From: a virus
Taxonomy: Duplodnaviria; Caudoviricetes
Reading direction: 5' to 3' (one strand)
DNA length: 64,000 nucleotides
Virus record (IMG/VR): IMGVR_UViG_3300032296_002452
Coordinates: 2,006-66,005 of that record
The notes under the pieces were generated by a model. It made no database searches. It had not been told where the DNA came from and saw only the letters and a program-made list of their open reading frames with translations. Made by a program: the position numbers and the translations under genes. This document shows positions 1 to 11,800 of the stretch, in pieces. The first letter of the stretch is position 1, and every line of letters begins with the position of its first letter.

Positions 1-985
1 ACAAAGAAGCGTCGGTTACTTCAACAAAAAATTCACCTCCAGGTAATCCTGTGTATGTTATACTCTGCGAATATGAAATATCTATCTCTCCATTCGAAGC
101 CAAGTAATAATATGGACCTGTTCCACCTGTTATTGTTAAGGTAGCAACCCCATCACTACTAAAACACGTTGGTTGTGTTAAAACCCAAGAACCAAGTCCT
201 AAAGGCGCGCTTGTTTCAACCATTGCACCTTTTGTTAGTACACACCCGTCTGCAGACGTTATTGTACAACTATATAATCCAGGTGTTAGACCTGTTATAG
301 TTGTACCTGTTTGACCATTAGACCATTCGTAAGTAAATGGTGAGTTACCCGTAAGTCCTGTAACATATACCTTACCCGTGTGAATTTCGTTTGTTGTTGT
401 AACTCCAGTTGCCCCTGTTATAAAAACTTCTCGAGTACCGTTACACAAACCATCATTAACAACATAAAAACCAAAATCCAAAGAATTTCCTGAACTTATT
501 AGAAAACCCCCTGTTTGTCCTGTACATCCTGAATTATCATTTACAACAATATTATAAACACCCGCAGACAACGTACTGTAATAGTAATTATTTTCATATA
601 CATCCACAGAACTTATAAGATTGTCGTTGGAATCATAGAGATTGAAGGTATTAACTTGGCTATTTGTTTCTGCGGTTACAGAAACAAATCCATTATTTTC
701 ACCGCATGTGGTACCTGACACATCAGATATTGTAACGGAAACGGATGAACTTATATTAAAGTTTACCGTCTGTTGTAAGTTGGTTGGGTAGCTAGAGTCA
801 ACTATACTTAAAGCATAACTACCAGGTAATAAAGAACTTCTAGTTGATGATAATACGTCATAGTCCGTTCCTAATCCGTTTTGATATGAAAAAGTATACG
901 GAGGATTACCTGTTGTTGCTGAAATTAATACGGAACCAAGTCCGTTACAAGTACCTGTTAGTTGTATATTATATTCTAAACTCAT
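1..985 (-). CDS. Cys-containing SprB-like repeat protein (partial, runs off window start); probable tail/baseplate appendage
   Basis: Absent from the ORF track. ATG at 985 overlaps the TGA of the upstream gene (ATGA). Translation begins MSLEYNIQLTGTCNGLGSVLISATTGNPPYTF and contains GNSPFTYEWSNGQTGTTITGLTPGLYSCTITSADGC, a typical SprB-type repeat. Confidence 0.75.
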   Translation of the reverse strand, partial: MSLEYNIQLTGTCNGLGSVLISATTGNPPYTFSYQNGLGTDYDVLSSTRSSLLPGSYALSIVDSSYPTNLQQTVNFNISSSVSVTISDVSGTTCGENNGFVSVTAETNSQVNTFNLYDSNDNLISSVDVYENNYYYSTLSAGVYNIVVNDNSGCTGQTGGFLISSGNSLDFGFYVVNDGLCNGTREVFITGATGVTTTNEIHTGKVYVTGLTGNSPFTYEWSNGQTGTTITGLTPGLYSCTITSADGCVLTKGAMVETSAPLGLGSWVLTQPTCFSSDGVATLTITGGTGPYYYLASNGEIDISYSQSITYTGLPGGEFFVEVTDASL

Positions 986-3933
986 ACACAGTCAATATTG
1001 AGGTCTAAACCTACGTTTAATGTAAATACAATTTCAGACGGTAGATTACAAGTTAATGAATAAACACGTACTACACCATCAATAATTTGATAATAGTAAT
1101 TTTCATCAATAAGTGAATCTAAGGCGGTTATTAATCCACCATACCAATCATTTTCTGTTGGAACGTCACTTATACCTAACTGTTGATAGAATAAAACTTG
1201 TGCCGCGGTTACACCACTAATTTCAATATCAACGTACCAATACGCCGTTAAACTATTTGTTTCACAATCAGACAAAACATATCCATTGTCATCTAAATAT
1301 TCATTAAGAGTATCAAAAAGAATGTCAGATAAAGAACTAACAGTAGAACCCGCATCTAACCATGGGTACACACCAAACTCAGTATATTCATCTATACAAT
1401 CATATGGTAAAAATTGTCCTTTACATCCACATGGGTCGTACTCAATAGTTACTATTTCACATCCTCTTTGTCTTTTATATGCAAATTTTTGTCTCTGAAA
1501 TATAGAATTTTCATATCTAAGACCTGTATTCCATATTGTAGTTGCCGGTATCATCTGTTTAACCAACTCAACCCAATAAGTCCCCAAACCTTCTAAATAC
1601 GCAGAAACATTTTGATAAGTAAAATTGTCATTAGGAACGCCAGCAATTTCTGAGGACTCAATATATTTCCAAAAAATAGAACTCAAAGTAGGATATCCAC
1701 CTGTTTTTCCATCGGTAATCCACTGTCTATTTCTTGTATTAATCATATTTCTCCAAAAAGTTTGTGCAAATTCAAAGAAAGAGAGTCTATCAGGTTGTGG
1801 ATTAATAACGGTCCAATCAATTCCTCCAATCTGAGGGTAAGGAACAGTAAGACCAGTGCTTGGTATAGGGTAATTATAATTCCTTGACATTTTCCATACG
1901 TCATATGTAAAGGCGTAGGATGGGTTTAAAAATAAATCAACATTTTTGGCGTTTAGAACTAACCTATCGTCTTGAATCACGTAAAGAGCGTTGTATCCAG
2001 ATTCAATACTTCGTCTTATCTTAGGTGGTTGCCACGATTTTTTGTTGTCAATTACAGGTCTAAGTTTGTACCCTTCCCTCATGTAGGGGAAATTTCTATA
2101 TCTTTCGTAATATTTTTGTCCGTATGTAAACGGTTGCAGTTCTGTTTGTACACTTGGGTTATTACCGGTATAAACCGATAAGGATTGATTCACCACTGAC
2201 GGACTAATGTGGTCAGGTTGTGGTTGATACCATCCCGCACCTAATTGGAAAAAGTAGTCGTCGGTTTGTAGTGGTGCTTTTGGCCAACCATTATTGTCTA
2301 CAGGATACTCTTCTCTAGTTACATCGACTGTTTGAGTTTGTAGGTTTATATTGAAACCGGTATACACGGTTCCTAATATATTCTCGGTTACTGTGGGGTC
2401 AAATACCACATTTTGAGTAACTAAAGTCCCTCCTGATATTTGAGCGTACTGCTCATTAAAGTACGCCATATTAATTCTTGAATCCGCAAGATAAACGTAT
2501 TCGTTAAAATCTATTAAGAAGTCAGGTGCCCCTATTAATCTTAATGTAAATTCAATCGCCTTTCTAGTTCCTTTTGACCTAAACAAATAAGCCGAGTTTA
2601 ATATTATATTTCTATAAAACTGAAAATTTACTTCTGCGGGTGTTTGTTGTCTTGAGTATCCTAAATAATTTCTAGTACCGCCAGTACCATAAATGGCATC
2701 TAAAAAATTTGTCTCAGTAATAGGTGATATATTGGGCTCCCAACCTAAGGTAAGTGCCAAATTTTTAAGTAATGCTGAAGGTATGTCGTTTCCAACATTG
2801 TAATTTACCGATGTCATATGCGCCATACCGTCGATATATTTTTTAACCTCATCAAAACTTCTACCATATATTTGTAGTACTTTAGCAATTTTTTGGTCAG
2901 GAGTATCAAACTCTTTAAAAGCTTCTGTGGTAAAAAATCTTAATACTAAGTTAGTTTTTGCTAAATCAAAATTGATTCCTATATCAGATAGTGTTGCTAA
3001 ATAGTTATCAAAATCAGGTGTTCTTATATCTAAATTCCATTGTCCGTCTAAAGGCCACGTAACGGATTGTTGTTTTGTTGCGGATTGACCGTTTTCTAAT
3101 TCTACCGGAACGTTGAATACCGCAGTATATGCTGGTTGTATAAGTCTGTTAAGTAAAAACTTTTCAACCTCGTCAAAATTATCTGAAAACGTTTGTTCTG
3201 TGTAAAAAGTGTTAGGTCTTATTATTAATGGTAAAATAGAACTAGATGCGCCCGAAAAAGGATTACCTCTAACAACAAATTCGCAAACTCCAGAAAATAA
3301 TGATTGGGATGAATTAAATATTATTACAGGATATTCAGTTTCAAACAAATAAAGAGAATATTTTAGATATTCAACCGTCAAATTTCTTAAAGGTGAAAAA
3401 TCATATTCTCTACTTCTTAAGTTTATTGTTGCACCTGAAGAATAATCAATATTAAAAGGATTTTTTATTCTACTTACATTAACAATAAATGTTGTTTCAT
3501 CTTCAATTTCGTTATAAACGATATTTGATGCGGTAACTCCTGTTGTTAGGTCGTAGTTAGTAAAATCAATATCTAAAGCCGCAGGAAAATAATTGATTAT
3601 TTTTGTTATTGAAACCTCAAATCTTTTACTTAAAGAACCATAAAGACTAAAAGACGTTACCTGACTTAAATCAAAATTAGGATAAACCCTGTAATCTTTT
3701 GCCGCAGCCTTTCTAGCTTCTATTAAGTTAGTTATGTTTAGCGAATCTAAAGATATTGGATTAGAAAATGCACCAACATTAAAATTTCTATTAATTTTTT
3801 CCTGTACAGTGGTAGTAAAACTGAAATTACCTTGGGTCAAACCACCTCCGTCCACAGTTTGTAAACCAACTATGTTGTCAAATGGAGTTTGACTACCTAT
3901 CGCCGCTGTATTTGGTATAAACTTTTTAGCCAT
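982..3933 (-). CDS. Putative baseplate wedge / tail structural protein (983 aa)
   Basis: LALTLGW...YLFRSKGTRKAIEFTLRLIG resembles the P2 gpI / T4 gp7-type wedge motif; lies in the baseplate gene cluster. Confidence 0.55.
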   Translation of the reverse strand: MAKKFIPNTAAIGSQTPFDNIVGLQTVDGGGLTQGNFSFTTTVQEKINRNFNVGAFSNPISLDSLNITNLIEARKAAAKDYRVYPNFDLSQVTSFSLYGSLSKRFEVSITKIINYFPAALDIDFTNYDLTTGVTASNIVYNEIEDETTFIVNVSRIKNPFNIDYSSGATINLRSREYDFSPLRNLTVEYLKYSLYLFETEYPVIIFNSSQSLFSGVCEFVVRGNPFSGASSSILPLIIRPNTFYTEQTFSDNFDEVEKFLLNRLIQPAYTAVFNVPVELENGQSATKQQSVTWPLDGQWNLDIRTPDFDNYLATLSDIGINFDLAKTNLVLRFFTTEAFKEFDTPDQKIAKVLQIYGRSFDEVKKYIDGMAHMTSVNYNVGNDIPSALLKNLALTLGWEPNISPITETNFLDAIYGTGGTRNYLGYSRQQTPAEVNFQFYRNIILNSAYLFRSKGTRKAIEFTLRLIGAPDFLIDFNEYVYLADSRINMAYFNEQYAQISGGTLVTQNVVFDPTVTENILGTVYTGFNINLQTQTVDVTREEYPVDNNGWPKAPLQTDDYFFQLGAGWYQPQPDHISPSVVNQSLSVYTGNNPSVQTELQPFTYGQKYYERYRNFPYMREGYKLRPVIDNKKSWQPPKIRRSIESGYNALYVIQDDRLVLNAKNVDLFLNPSYAFTYDVWKMSRNYNYPIPSTGLTVPYPQIGGIDWTVINPQPDRLSFFEFAQTFWRNMINTRNRQWITDGKTGGYPTLSSIFWKYIESSEIAGVPNDNFTYQNVSAYLEGLGTYWVELVKQMIPATTIWNTGLRYENSIFQRQKFAYKRQRGCEIVTIEYDPCGCKGQFLPYDCIDEYTEFGVYPWLDAGSTVSSLSDILFDTLNEYLDDNGYVLSDCETNSLTAYWYVDIEISGVTAAQVLFYQQLGISDVPTENDWYGGLITALDSLIDENYYYQIIDGVVRVYSLTCNLPSEIVFTLNVGLDLNIDCV

Positions 3934-4841
3934 TACTGTGCTGTGATATTTGCGAAGTTTTTACTGAAATCAATATTATTATTTCTATTTTGTCTAACCT
4001 CGTACAACAGGTTATTGAATTCGTCTTTGATTTCATACAAGTTGTACTGTTGATAGATGTTATCTTGAGCATCGTAGATAGTGTAAATACCATCTTCCAT
4101 TGACTTGGTTTGGTTACCATAAAGAGCAATCGCAACGGTATCCAAGTCATAATTCGCCAATGTAATCTCCATGGTTATAGGATTAAAAAAGGTATTAGAA
4201 ATTACTATGTTTTGACCGGGTTGTCCTATGAATGGTGTTGCGGTTGGTTTGTTTGTTGGTGAAGAACTAGGAGATAAGGTGCAGAACACCAAATTTGTTG
4301 GTGACTCAACATATCTATATCTGATTGCCTTTTGGACAGAGTTTACCAAGTTTTGTGCAATCGCCTCACAATAGAAGTTAGATGTTATAATTCTAAAAAA
4401 ATTAGGTATTTTACTTCCATCAGGATTTAAATATTCCACTCTAAATCCAACTAGTCCTTGTTGTTGAAATTTATTTCTAAATGCCGAAGGTACATTATTA
4501 ATATCAATAATAATACCCTTAACGTTGGGAAGCGCCGACAATACGTTACAATCGGTAATTGAGGTTCTTATTTGTGCCGGTCTTATATATAATGTGTATA
4601 TACCAAGTTGATTAAATTCACTTGCCGGTAATCTTAAATTGTACAAACCACCTAGCAGTTCGTTGTTGTTACCCCCTGTTTGAGCGTTATTGAAATAAGG
4701 TCTCAATATTGTTGCTGAATTTAGTGTTTTTAAGACGAAATTATTTGTCACATCCCTTGATGGGGTATAATGCAAAATTATATCAACGTCTTCGGGACTG
4801 ACATCGGCCGGTCTTATTGTTCCATAGGTTCCTGTTGCCAT
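3933..4841 (-). CDS. Hypothetical virion structural protein (302 aa)
   Basis: Long ORF, stop/start overlap with the next gene, preceded by the TATTTATA motif. Confidence 0.55.
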   Translation of the reverse strand: MATGTYGTIRPADVSPEDVDIILHYTPSRDVTNNFVLKTLNSATILRPYFNNAQTGGNNNELLGGLYNLRLPASEFNQLGIYTLYIRPAQIRTSITDCNVLSALPNVKGIIIDINNVPSAFRNKFQQQGLVGFRVEYLNPDGSKIPNFFRIITSNFYCEAIAQNLVNSVQKAIRYRYVESPTNLVFCTLSPSSSPTNKPTATPFIGQPGQNIVISNTFFNPITMEITLANYDLDTVAIALYGNQTKSMEDGIYTIYDAQDNIYQQYNLYEIKDEFNNLLYEVRQNRNNNIDFSKNFANITAQ

Positions 4842-4845
4842 ATTT

Positions 4846-4853
4846 TATAAATA
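4846..4853 (-). promoter_or_regulatory. TATTTATA promoter-like motif (putative late promoter)
   Basis: Coding-strand TATTTATA 4 nt before the ATG at 4841; the same motif recurs before many genes on both strands. Confidence 0.6.
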
Positions 4854-4873
4854 TTATTTTTTACTTTTTATCT

Positions 4874-6361
4874 TTATTCTACGTCAAAATATCCGTATCC
4901 ATAACGGTTTAATTGTCCAAAATTATTTACCTCACCTAATCTGTGAATTTTTTCGTAAGGTGCTAACTTACCTCTTTCTACGTAAATGTTTGATTGAACT
5001 TCGGGTTGTGACGATAAACCCAACAAAAATTCTTCTTTCACAATCGCTTGTGCCATAGATGTTTCTTCACAACATAAATTTGTATTTTCCGTTATACTAT
5101 AAAAATCGTTCGGGTTATTTTCATTGTCTAACAAGACATCGTTTTTGTAATAAAAAATAACAACATCATCACTTGCGGTCCTTCTAACACAAAAATCTTT
5201 ATAATAATTCCCAGGTACTTTGTATGGTTTGCTCAAATATGTATTCGCAAAACAATTACTATATCCCACAAATACAACACCATCATATTCAGGATTTAAT
5301 ACGTTTCCAGATGCACTAAGTAAATCTCTTATATCTATCCTAACATCAAAAAAATTACAAGCCCTACAGCCAATATCTCCGTTTGGAAAAGTCACATACT
5401 CCTCACTAACTGTTAATATAGGTACTTGTATGTCGTCCGCTAATGTATCTTCGGTTATACCAGAACTTGGAAGTACATATATAGTCTGTTTATTTTGATA
5501 ATCAATATAGTTCACATCACCTATTGTGTAAGCGGTATAAAATAACTTCAAATCAGAATCGTATGCATTTATTGAACTTATGCTACCGTACAACTGTCTA
5601 TTTCTAAATACGGGTCCCAATCTGTATTGTGGTATTGAATAATTTCTAAGTTCGGACAATCTTGACTTTGTGTTTCCTGTAACAGGAAAAGGCCAAGGAT
5701 TTACATACGGTTTTGATATTTGATATCTTTTTTGGTTTGTTGTGTCACCTGTGAATAGATATTTGTAACTAATTGGTGATGATGACCAAGAACCACCTAT
5801 CGGAGTAAAATAGGCATCCCCTAATGGGTCTAATATAATAGGAAATTGTGTTGCGGGTAATGTAATTTGTTTTTTTACTGTTATAACACCCCAAGGTCCA
5901 TTTTGATTTACGGTTATTGTATATTTTTTTGGTGTTGATGGATAGGTATGTTTTATTACACCGTCCAACGGAAAATTTTCTATAGGCGAACCATCACCAA
6001 AATCAACTTTGTATTGTGACAATAGATTAGTGGGAATAAACTCGTCCGATGTGTTTTTTATGTTGATTTCATAAGAGCCCGCCGAATCTACACCTTGTGG
6101 AAAAATAACAAAATTATTCACCACATCTATTTGTAATACGTTAAAATCTAAAACAGAGTAGTAACCCAAATCAATTATATTCTGTTTTATAAAAACAGGT
6201 ATTGTTAATCCCGTAAACAAAGAAGTACCAAGCGTACCTCCCGTTAACATTTGCGTCATGGCAGAATAAACACCTACTTCAGTTCCGTCATAATTAACGT
6301 CTTGAACTATTGTTTTTAGTACCTCGGGCGATATTCTTATTTTATAAAAATCAGTGTTCAT
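4874..6361 (-). CDS. Structural protein with PKD-like domain and Cys-rich insertion (495 aa)
   Basis: YKVDFGDGSPIE...KHTY...YTITV is a PKD-type signature; structural context. Confidence 0.55.
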   Translation of the reverse strand: MNTDFYKIRISPEVLKTIVQDVNYDGTEVGVYSAMTQMLTGGTLGTSLFTGLTIPVFIKQNIIDLGYYSVLDFNVLQIDVVNNFVIFPQGVDSAGSYEINIKNTSDEFIPTNLLSQYKVDFGDGSPIENFPLDGVIKHTYPSTPKKYTITVNQNGPWGVITVKKQITLPATQFPIILDPLGDAYFTPIGGSWSSSPISYKYLFTGDTTNQKRYQISKPYVNPWPFPVTGNTKSRLSELRNYSIPQYRLGPVFRNRQLYGSISSINAYDSDLKLFYTAYTIGDVNYIDYQNKQTIYVLPSSGITEDTLADDIQVPILTVSEEYVTFPNGDIGCRACNFFDVRIDIRDLLSASGNVLNPEYDGVVFVGYSNCFANTYLSKPYKVPGNYYKDFCVRRTASDDVVIFYYKNDVLLDNENNPNDFYSITENTNLCCEETSMAQAIVKEEFLLGLSSQPEVQSNIYVERGKLAPYEKIHRLGEVNNFGQLNRYGYGYFDVE

Positions 6362-7161
6362 TATGGATTGATAAACTCATACCAATTTATGGGATTTCCG
6401 TCTTGTCCTACTCTTAGACCAGATGGGTGTTTTTGAACTATATAATATTTTGGTCCATTTGTTATTGGGTCGTCTTCAAACGTAACCTTATAATAAAAAA
6501 ACTCTTCGGGGTTAAAGGTTGTTGGCGAACTTGCGTTTTGTGGGGTATTAATCATTCGTACAAATTCACCCGTTTCACCATCAAAAAATTTCGCACTCAT
6601 ATAAAAAGTTTTTATATCTAAAAAATTTTTCTTTTTTAACCAATAAATAAAAAACCCCTCTTTGTCACCAACAAAATCTAATCTAAAGTCGGGTTTTCTT
6701 ATGTTTACTGTGTTAACACCTAATTGAGATTGTTCGAACGCCCCTTGACTTACAGGTAAAATTATTGTTATATAATTTTTTTGTGATTGTGTATTTGGGG
6801 TGTCGTATAAATCTAACTTCCAAAAAGAACTAACAAATTGATTAGTAAAATAATAAATTTGTTTTGTGTCAAACTTTGGTAGATAAGAACAAACATAGGT
6901 ATTTGTATTTGCACTTTTGAAAAAAAAGTTGTAATTTATCGCGGTACCGTCTTGGGTAAGTCCCACAGATGGATATGGTTTGTGTGTAATTCTATTTGTT
7001 TCAAAATCTTCTTGATTTAATAGAGATTCAACAACATCTCTTTCGTAGGTTTCATAACCTTCGTCTACACCGGTAAGGTCCCAAACCTGTTCAACAGGTA
7101 TTGTGAACTCTAAATCCGTGATATCCGGTGTAAGTCCTATTCTATATTTATTCACATTCAT
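6361..7161 (-). CDS. Hypothetical structural protein (266 aa)
   Basis: Long ORF translationally coupled to its neighbours. Confidence 0.5.
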   Translation of the reverse strand: MNVNKYRIGLTPDITDLEFTIPVEQVWDLTGVDEGYETYERDVVESLLNQEDFETNRITHKPYPSVGLTQDGTAINYNFFFKSANTNTYVCSYLPKFDTKQIYYFTNQFVSSFWKLDLYDTPNTQSQKNYITIILPVSQGAFEQSQLGVNTVNIRKPDFRLDFVGDKEGFFIYWLKKKNFLDIKTFYMSAKFFDGETGEFVRMINTPQNASSPTTFNPEEFFYYKVTFEDDPITNGPKYYIVQKHPSGLRVGQDGNPINWYEFINP

Positions 7162-8872
7162 CTATTAGTGGTCTTGGTATAAAGGTTGATTGTGTCAATC
7201 CTAATTTAGCCCCTTCAGGTATTAATCTGAATTGAACGTTTGTGTATGGATAGTGTGTTTGATTTACGAAAGGGTAATCAACACCATTACCATCTACATC
7301 TATATATCCATAAGGATATAAATCTCGCCATCTAAACATATTTAAATTAGGTGAAAAATAAGAATAGGTTGGTATATCGATTATTGATTGTTTTTCACCC
7401 TCTTCAATATATCCTGAGTATGATTTAATTCTCATTGGGTGGTGAACTTGGTAATAGTATCCGACAGGATTTGTATTACCAACACCTATTTGAAAGTTCT
7501 TTTGATTAAATACGAATTTGTGGTAATATGGTGAAATTACTCTACCTAGTTGTTCATAGTCGTTATATTCATACCAATCCCCGTAAATAGTATCACCTGT
7601 GTTTAGTGTTTCGTTATAGTAAAAATTAAAAGTCTTTGTTAAGTCTACTTTAGAATATGACGTTTTAGTTATGGATGTCTCGTTAGATAGCGGTTGGTTA
7701 AAATCCCACCAAGGTGAAATTATTGGTTCATTCATGTTGAATTCCCAACCCCTTTTTAATCCATATTTTTCATTCATAAACCATCCGGCATATCCTTTGT
7801 AAACAAACGTTAAATAAAAAAAATCAATTGGTTTTTGGTTCTCATCCAAGATACTCGCAATGTTTAGGTCTTTTTGATTTGTGATTGAGTATGCTTGTGA
7901 ATTAGTTAACCTTGATACGCTAGAAATATTATTTGGAGTTAAAGAAGAAAATTCGAATTTTGAGGGGTTATTAAAAGCGTTTATGTCAAAAGCCGCGGTT
8001 TCAAGTTGCAAGTCAGCAGTTTTACTAGCAACTTTATTAATTCTTATATAATATCTAGATGTTGTATCGGCGGTATTTGTTATGTCTATAGTTCTTTTGA
8101 AGATATAAACATACCCTGATTTGAAAGTGGTTCCTGTGTAACCGGGGTTATATAGGTTAAAGATATATTCATCACTACCATACGTATCATTACCTAAAAG
8201 GTTTACTTCAAAAAAACTAGTCCCGTTGTATGAAAATGGAAACTTTACGTATTCACCCACAGATAAACCATGTTTTACGGGACATGTAAATTGTAGGTAG
8301 TTAGCACCATTTATAGTAACACCAGATAGAAGTGCGGGTATACCTTCAGATGATAAAAAACTAGCTAATAGGTTTCCGTTATCATTTTGATACCATCTCA
8401 TATTAAAATTTGTATCGGCACTGAAAGGGTATGTCAAATAATAATCCCAATTATATGTTGTTGCGGACTCTGCTCTATAACCTATATGAGTATTGTAACT
8501 ATCTAATCTTATTAAATCAAACTCATATGTTTGTGGTATCCCGTACCACGTTACTGTTGTTCCTGCAATTTTTTGAGCTAAAGATTTTTCACCGTCCAAT
8601 ATATACAAGTTGTATGAAAAGGGATTGTAGTCAGTTGTACCTGAGTAATTATTTTCGAACAAAAAATCTACTTTGAATGTTGGTCTAAATATTGTGGACT
8701 TTTGTCTTTCTTGGTCAAACAAATCGGATAGGTTTAAATTAAACGACCTATCTGTTTCTACCAACAAACTTGTATTTTGTTCGAGCGTTGTTGGAACCTG
8801 ATAAGATACTTCGGGAGCGCCTTTGTATCTATTATTAGATTTTATTACAATATTGTCATTTACGTTATCCAT
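7148..8872 (-). CDS. Hypothetical structural protein (574 aa)
   Basis: Long aromatic/beta-rich ORF in the baseplate cluster, coupled to its neighbours. Confidence 0.5.
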   Translation of the reverse strand: MDNVNDNIVIKSNNRYKGAPEVSYQVPTTLEQNTSLLVETDRSFNLNLSDLFDQERQKSTIFRPTFKVDFLFENNYSGTTDYNPFSYNLYILDGEKSLAQKIAGTTVTWYGIPQTYEFDLIRLDSYNTHIGYRAESATTYNWDYYLTYPFSADTNFNMRWYQNDNGNLLASFLSSEGIPALLSGVTINGANYLQFTCPVKHGLSVGEYVKFPFSYNGTSFFEVNLLGNDTYGSDEYIFNLYNPGYTGTTFKSGYVYIFKRTIDITNTADTTSRYYIRINKVASKTADLQLETAAFDINAFNNPSKFEFSSLTPNNISSVSRLTNSQAYSITNQKDLNIASILDENQKPIDFFYLTFVYKGYAGWFMNEKYGLKRGWEFNMNEPIISPWWDFNQPLSNETSITKTSYSKVDLTKTFNFYYNETLNTGDTIYGDWYEYNDYEQLGRVISPYYHKFVFNQKNFQIGVGNTNPVGYYYQVHHPMRIKSYSGYIEEGEKQSIIDIPTYSYFSPNLNMFRWRDLYPYGYIDVDGNGVDYPFVNQTHYPYTNVQFRLIPEGAKLGLTQSTFIPRPLIDECE

Positions 8873-11800
8873 TAAATTCTGTCTATATAAGTAGAGTAAA
8901 ATTTATCCATAGCCGTTTTACCCTTTTTTAAACCAAAATAAAAATACCAAGGAGCACTAACAATTGTTTTATTTGAATGGTTTGCACCTTTAATTGGTGC
9001 ATAATCAAATGAATTTGGTGTTGATGTTTTAGTTGCACTGAAAATATATCCGGGTCTGAAATATGGTATTATGGAATCACCTATATAAAAATTAGAACCT
9101 ACTGAGCCAGGTGAACCTTTTAACTCTCTTTTTAAATTTTGATACTTTTCTGTTTGCCAAAATTCTTTAGTTTCCCAATGGTTGTTTTGTGTCCCAAAAA
9201 TATAATTACTGTTGTTTTCTATGTTCCATTGATATAGAGGTACTCTTTGTGAATTTTCAGGTAGTTCATCCGCAAATATAAGAGTAGAATTTGTTTGGTT
9301 TCTAATTATTCTTCTTGGTGATATATAATCTCTTAATTGTGTATCCGCCGAAAAAAATACACCTATTAAGGACTGTGAAAGTAGTGAATTATCAGAACCA
9401 ACAAAAATTGGTGATGTGGATATAGAGGTGGTTTCTTGGTAATTTTCGTTAGTAAAACCAAAAACACCATATTGTGAATTTATTTGTAGCGCTTGAGCAA
9501 AATCACCATCTACTCTGTTGTTAGGTCTGTTAAATAATCTTCTCACTATTGCGTCTGAAAAATTACCAACCATGTAAGAAAGAAAATTTGAATTTGTTAG
9601 TCTAGATACGGCTAATAATGTGCCTAAGTCTCCAACATCTTGATAGGATGTCACGGGTATTTGGTCCATAATATATCCATAATAATTTGAACTAAAACTA
9701 ACCTCTCTTGACCAAAAATATTTTGGACCCATATCTAATAAAGTAACTGGTGTTTGAATGTGTAAATCGTTAAAATTATACCCTTGAGCCTCTTTTCCTA
9801 TAAAAGCGTTAGTATTATCATTAAATGGACTTGAACGATAATAAAAATTATAAGTATCATTATCCAAATATAAGGTTTCTTTGCAGTACTCGGATTTTGG
9901 TTTGTTATTTCTATCATATACAGTTTGTAAAGCAAAAGGAAACGCATATAATGTGCCGTTAATCCAAGAATTAACAAATGAGTGACCTACAACACCTCTA
10001 CATAATGCCATCATAAATCGGTATCTATTAACCCACTCACTTAGTTGTAGAATATCACTTGGTATTGTAATGATTGGTTGGTTAACAAAACTATAACAAC
10101 CATTATTAACTTTTTTGTATTTTCTAGGTATCCCGTTTTTATTACACTCATCGTCAGGCCCTTTAGATGTAAATTTTGTTCCTGAACCTGAGTAACAACT
10201 TAGGTCAACCATTCCTTGACATGAGAACGATTCAATAACTTTATTATACGTTTCACCTGTCGCAAAATCATCCCTATCATTATCACCTAAAGTCCCGCTT
10301 GATTCAAATACTTCTCTTGTCTGAGAAAGTCCTTGGTCGTCAAATAGTGTTAGGGACATTGAGTTTGACGCTTGGAGAGCAAATACATTATTTCCTGAAG
10401 TATTTAAAATAGAACCTGTTGGGAGTCTGTCAGACCTCATAACAATATTAGTTTTATTTACCGTTACTGTTATTCCCGTATATGTGGGTGCAAAATATTT
10501 GTAGTCATTTAACCAAGTGCCAGATGCTGTGGTCACAACTTCTGATGTAATAAATGACCCACCTTCAATATATTCATTACTAAAGTATCCTGCACCTGTT
10601 TGGTTGTTGGTTACTAAACGATTAGTTGATGGTGATGAAGTTGTACTTAAAAATGGTAGTGCACTTGTACAAGTTCTTACAAATCTACTAAGTAAAGTAG
10701 TTGCCGGTCCATTCAATGGGTCAATAAAATACCTTGATACACTTGAGCAATCTAAACTAGAATAATATGTATGTGCACTTGTTGTGTACGAGCTAAATCC
10801 ACTTCCTGGTATAAACTCGTAAGATGGGTAAAATAATTTTTGATTTAATAAGGTACTGCCGCTAGATTGGGTTATCAAATCGTGTTCTACCGCAGTTGTT
10901 CCTGTTTGAATTGGTATGTTAAAGTAATAATCCCCATCTATATCGTATTGTGGTAAGTATGTTGTCCATCCCAACAAACGAGAAATATTGTATCTTACTT
11001 TTTTTCTACCACTGTGTGGGTCAACACCTCTTACCATTATAACAACACCTAAACCAGAAAATCCTTGATAATAATCTCTGTAAGCATTTTCAGTCGGATT
11101 CAATAAAACTCTTTGTACAAAATTGTTACCAATAGTAGTTGCGGTACTTGGGTTTGTAATTGCCGTTATGTCCGCCACGGTCATTGCGGTAATTACCTGA
11201 AAATATTCTAAGTCAGATGGAAACTTATACTTAGTTTCTTTTGTGTCCGCGCTTACGGTATAAGTGGTTTGTTTACCGCTTAGTGGGTTTGTTTCATCCG
11301 CCCAATTTACCGTCATAACAGTAGTTGACTGTTGGGTACCCGTTACTCCTAATGTTGTGGTTCCTGATTGCACGGCTGTTGGGTTAAAATCACCGCTTTT
11401 AATTGGTGCGGTAAAGGTTAATAATTGCCCTTTTTTGAATTCATTAATGCAATCATTATTTACCAAGTAGATTATAACACTATCATAGTGATAATTGTTT
11501 GTGTTTCCTGAATTTTGATTTGGTTCAAAAATTACCTTAACTCTATTAGTACCCGCAGTTCTTATTCCCGAATCAGTATCAAAATATTTAGACTTTAGAT
11601 TAAACAAATTCGCCCTTTCCCAAATAGGTAAAACAGGATTTGATACCGTACCTACTTGGGCACTTAGTAAACCAAATTGACCATTGGTGTATATTGGTGT
11701 TCTGAGTCTTACAATTCTTTCGGTCGTATTTGGTGAACCGATACCCGCCATGGCTTTTTGATTATCTTCTGCAGATATAACACCTCCAGGTCCAGGTACT

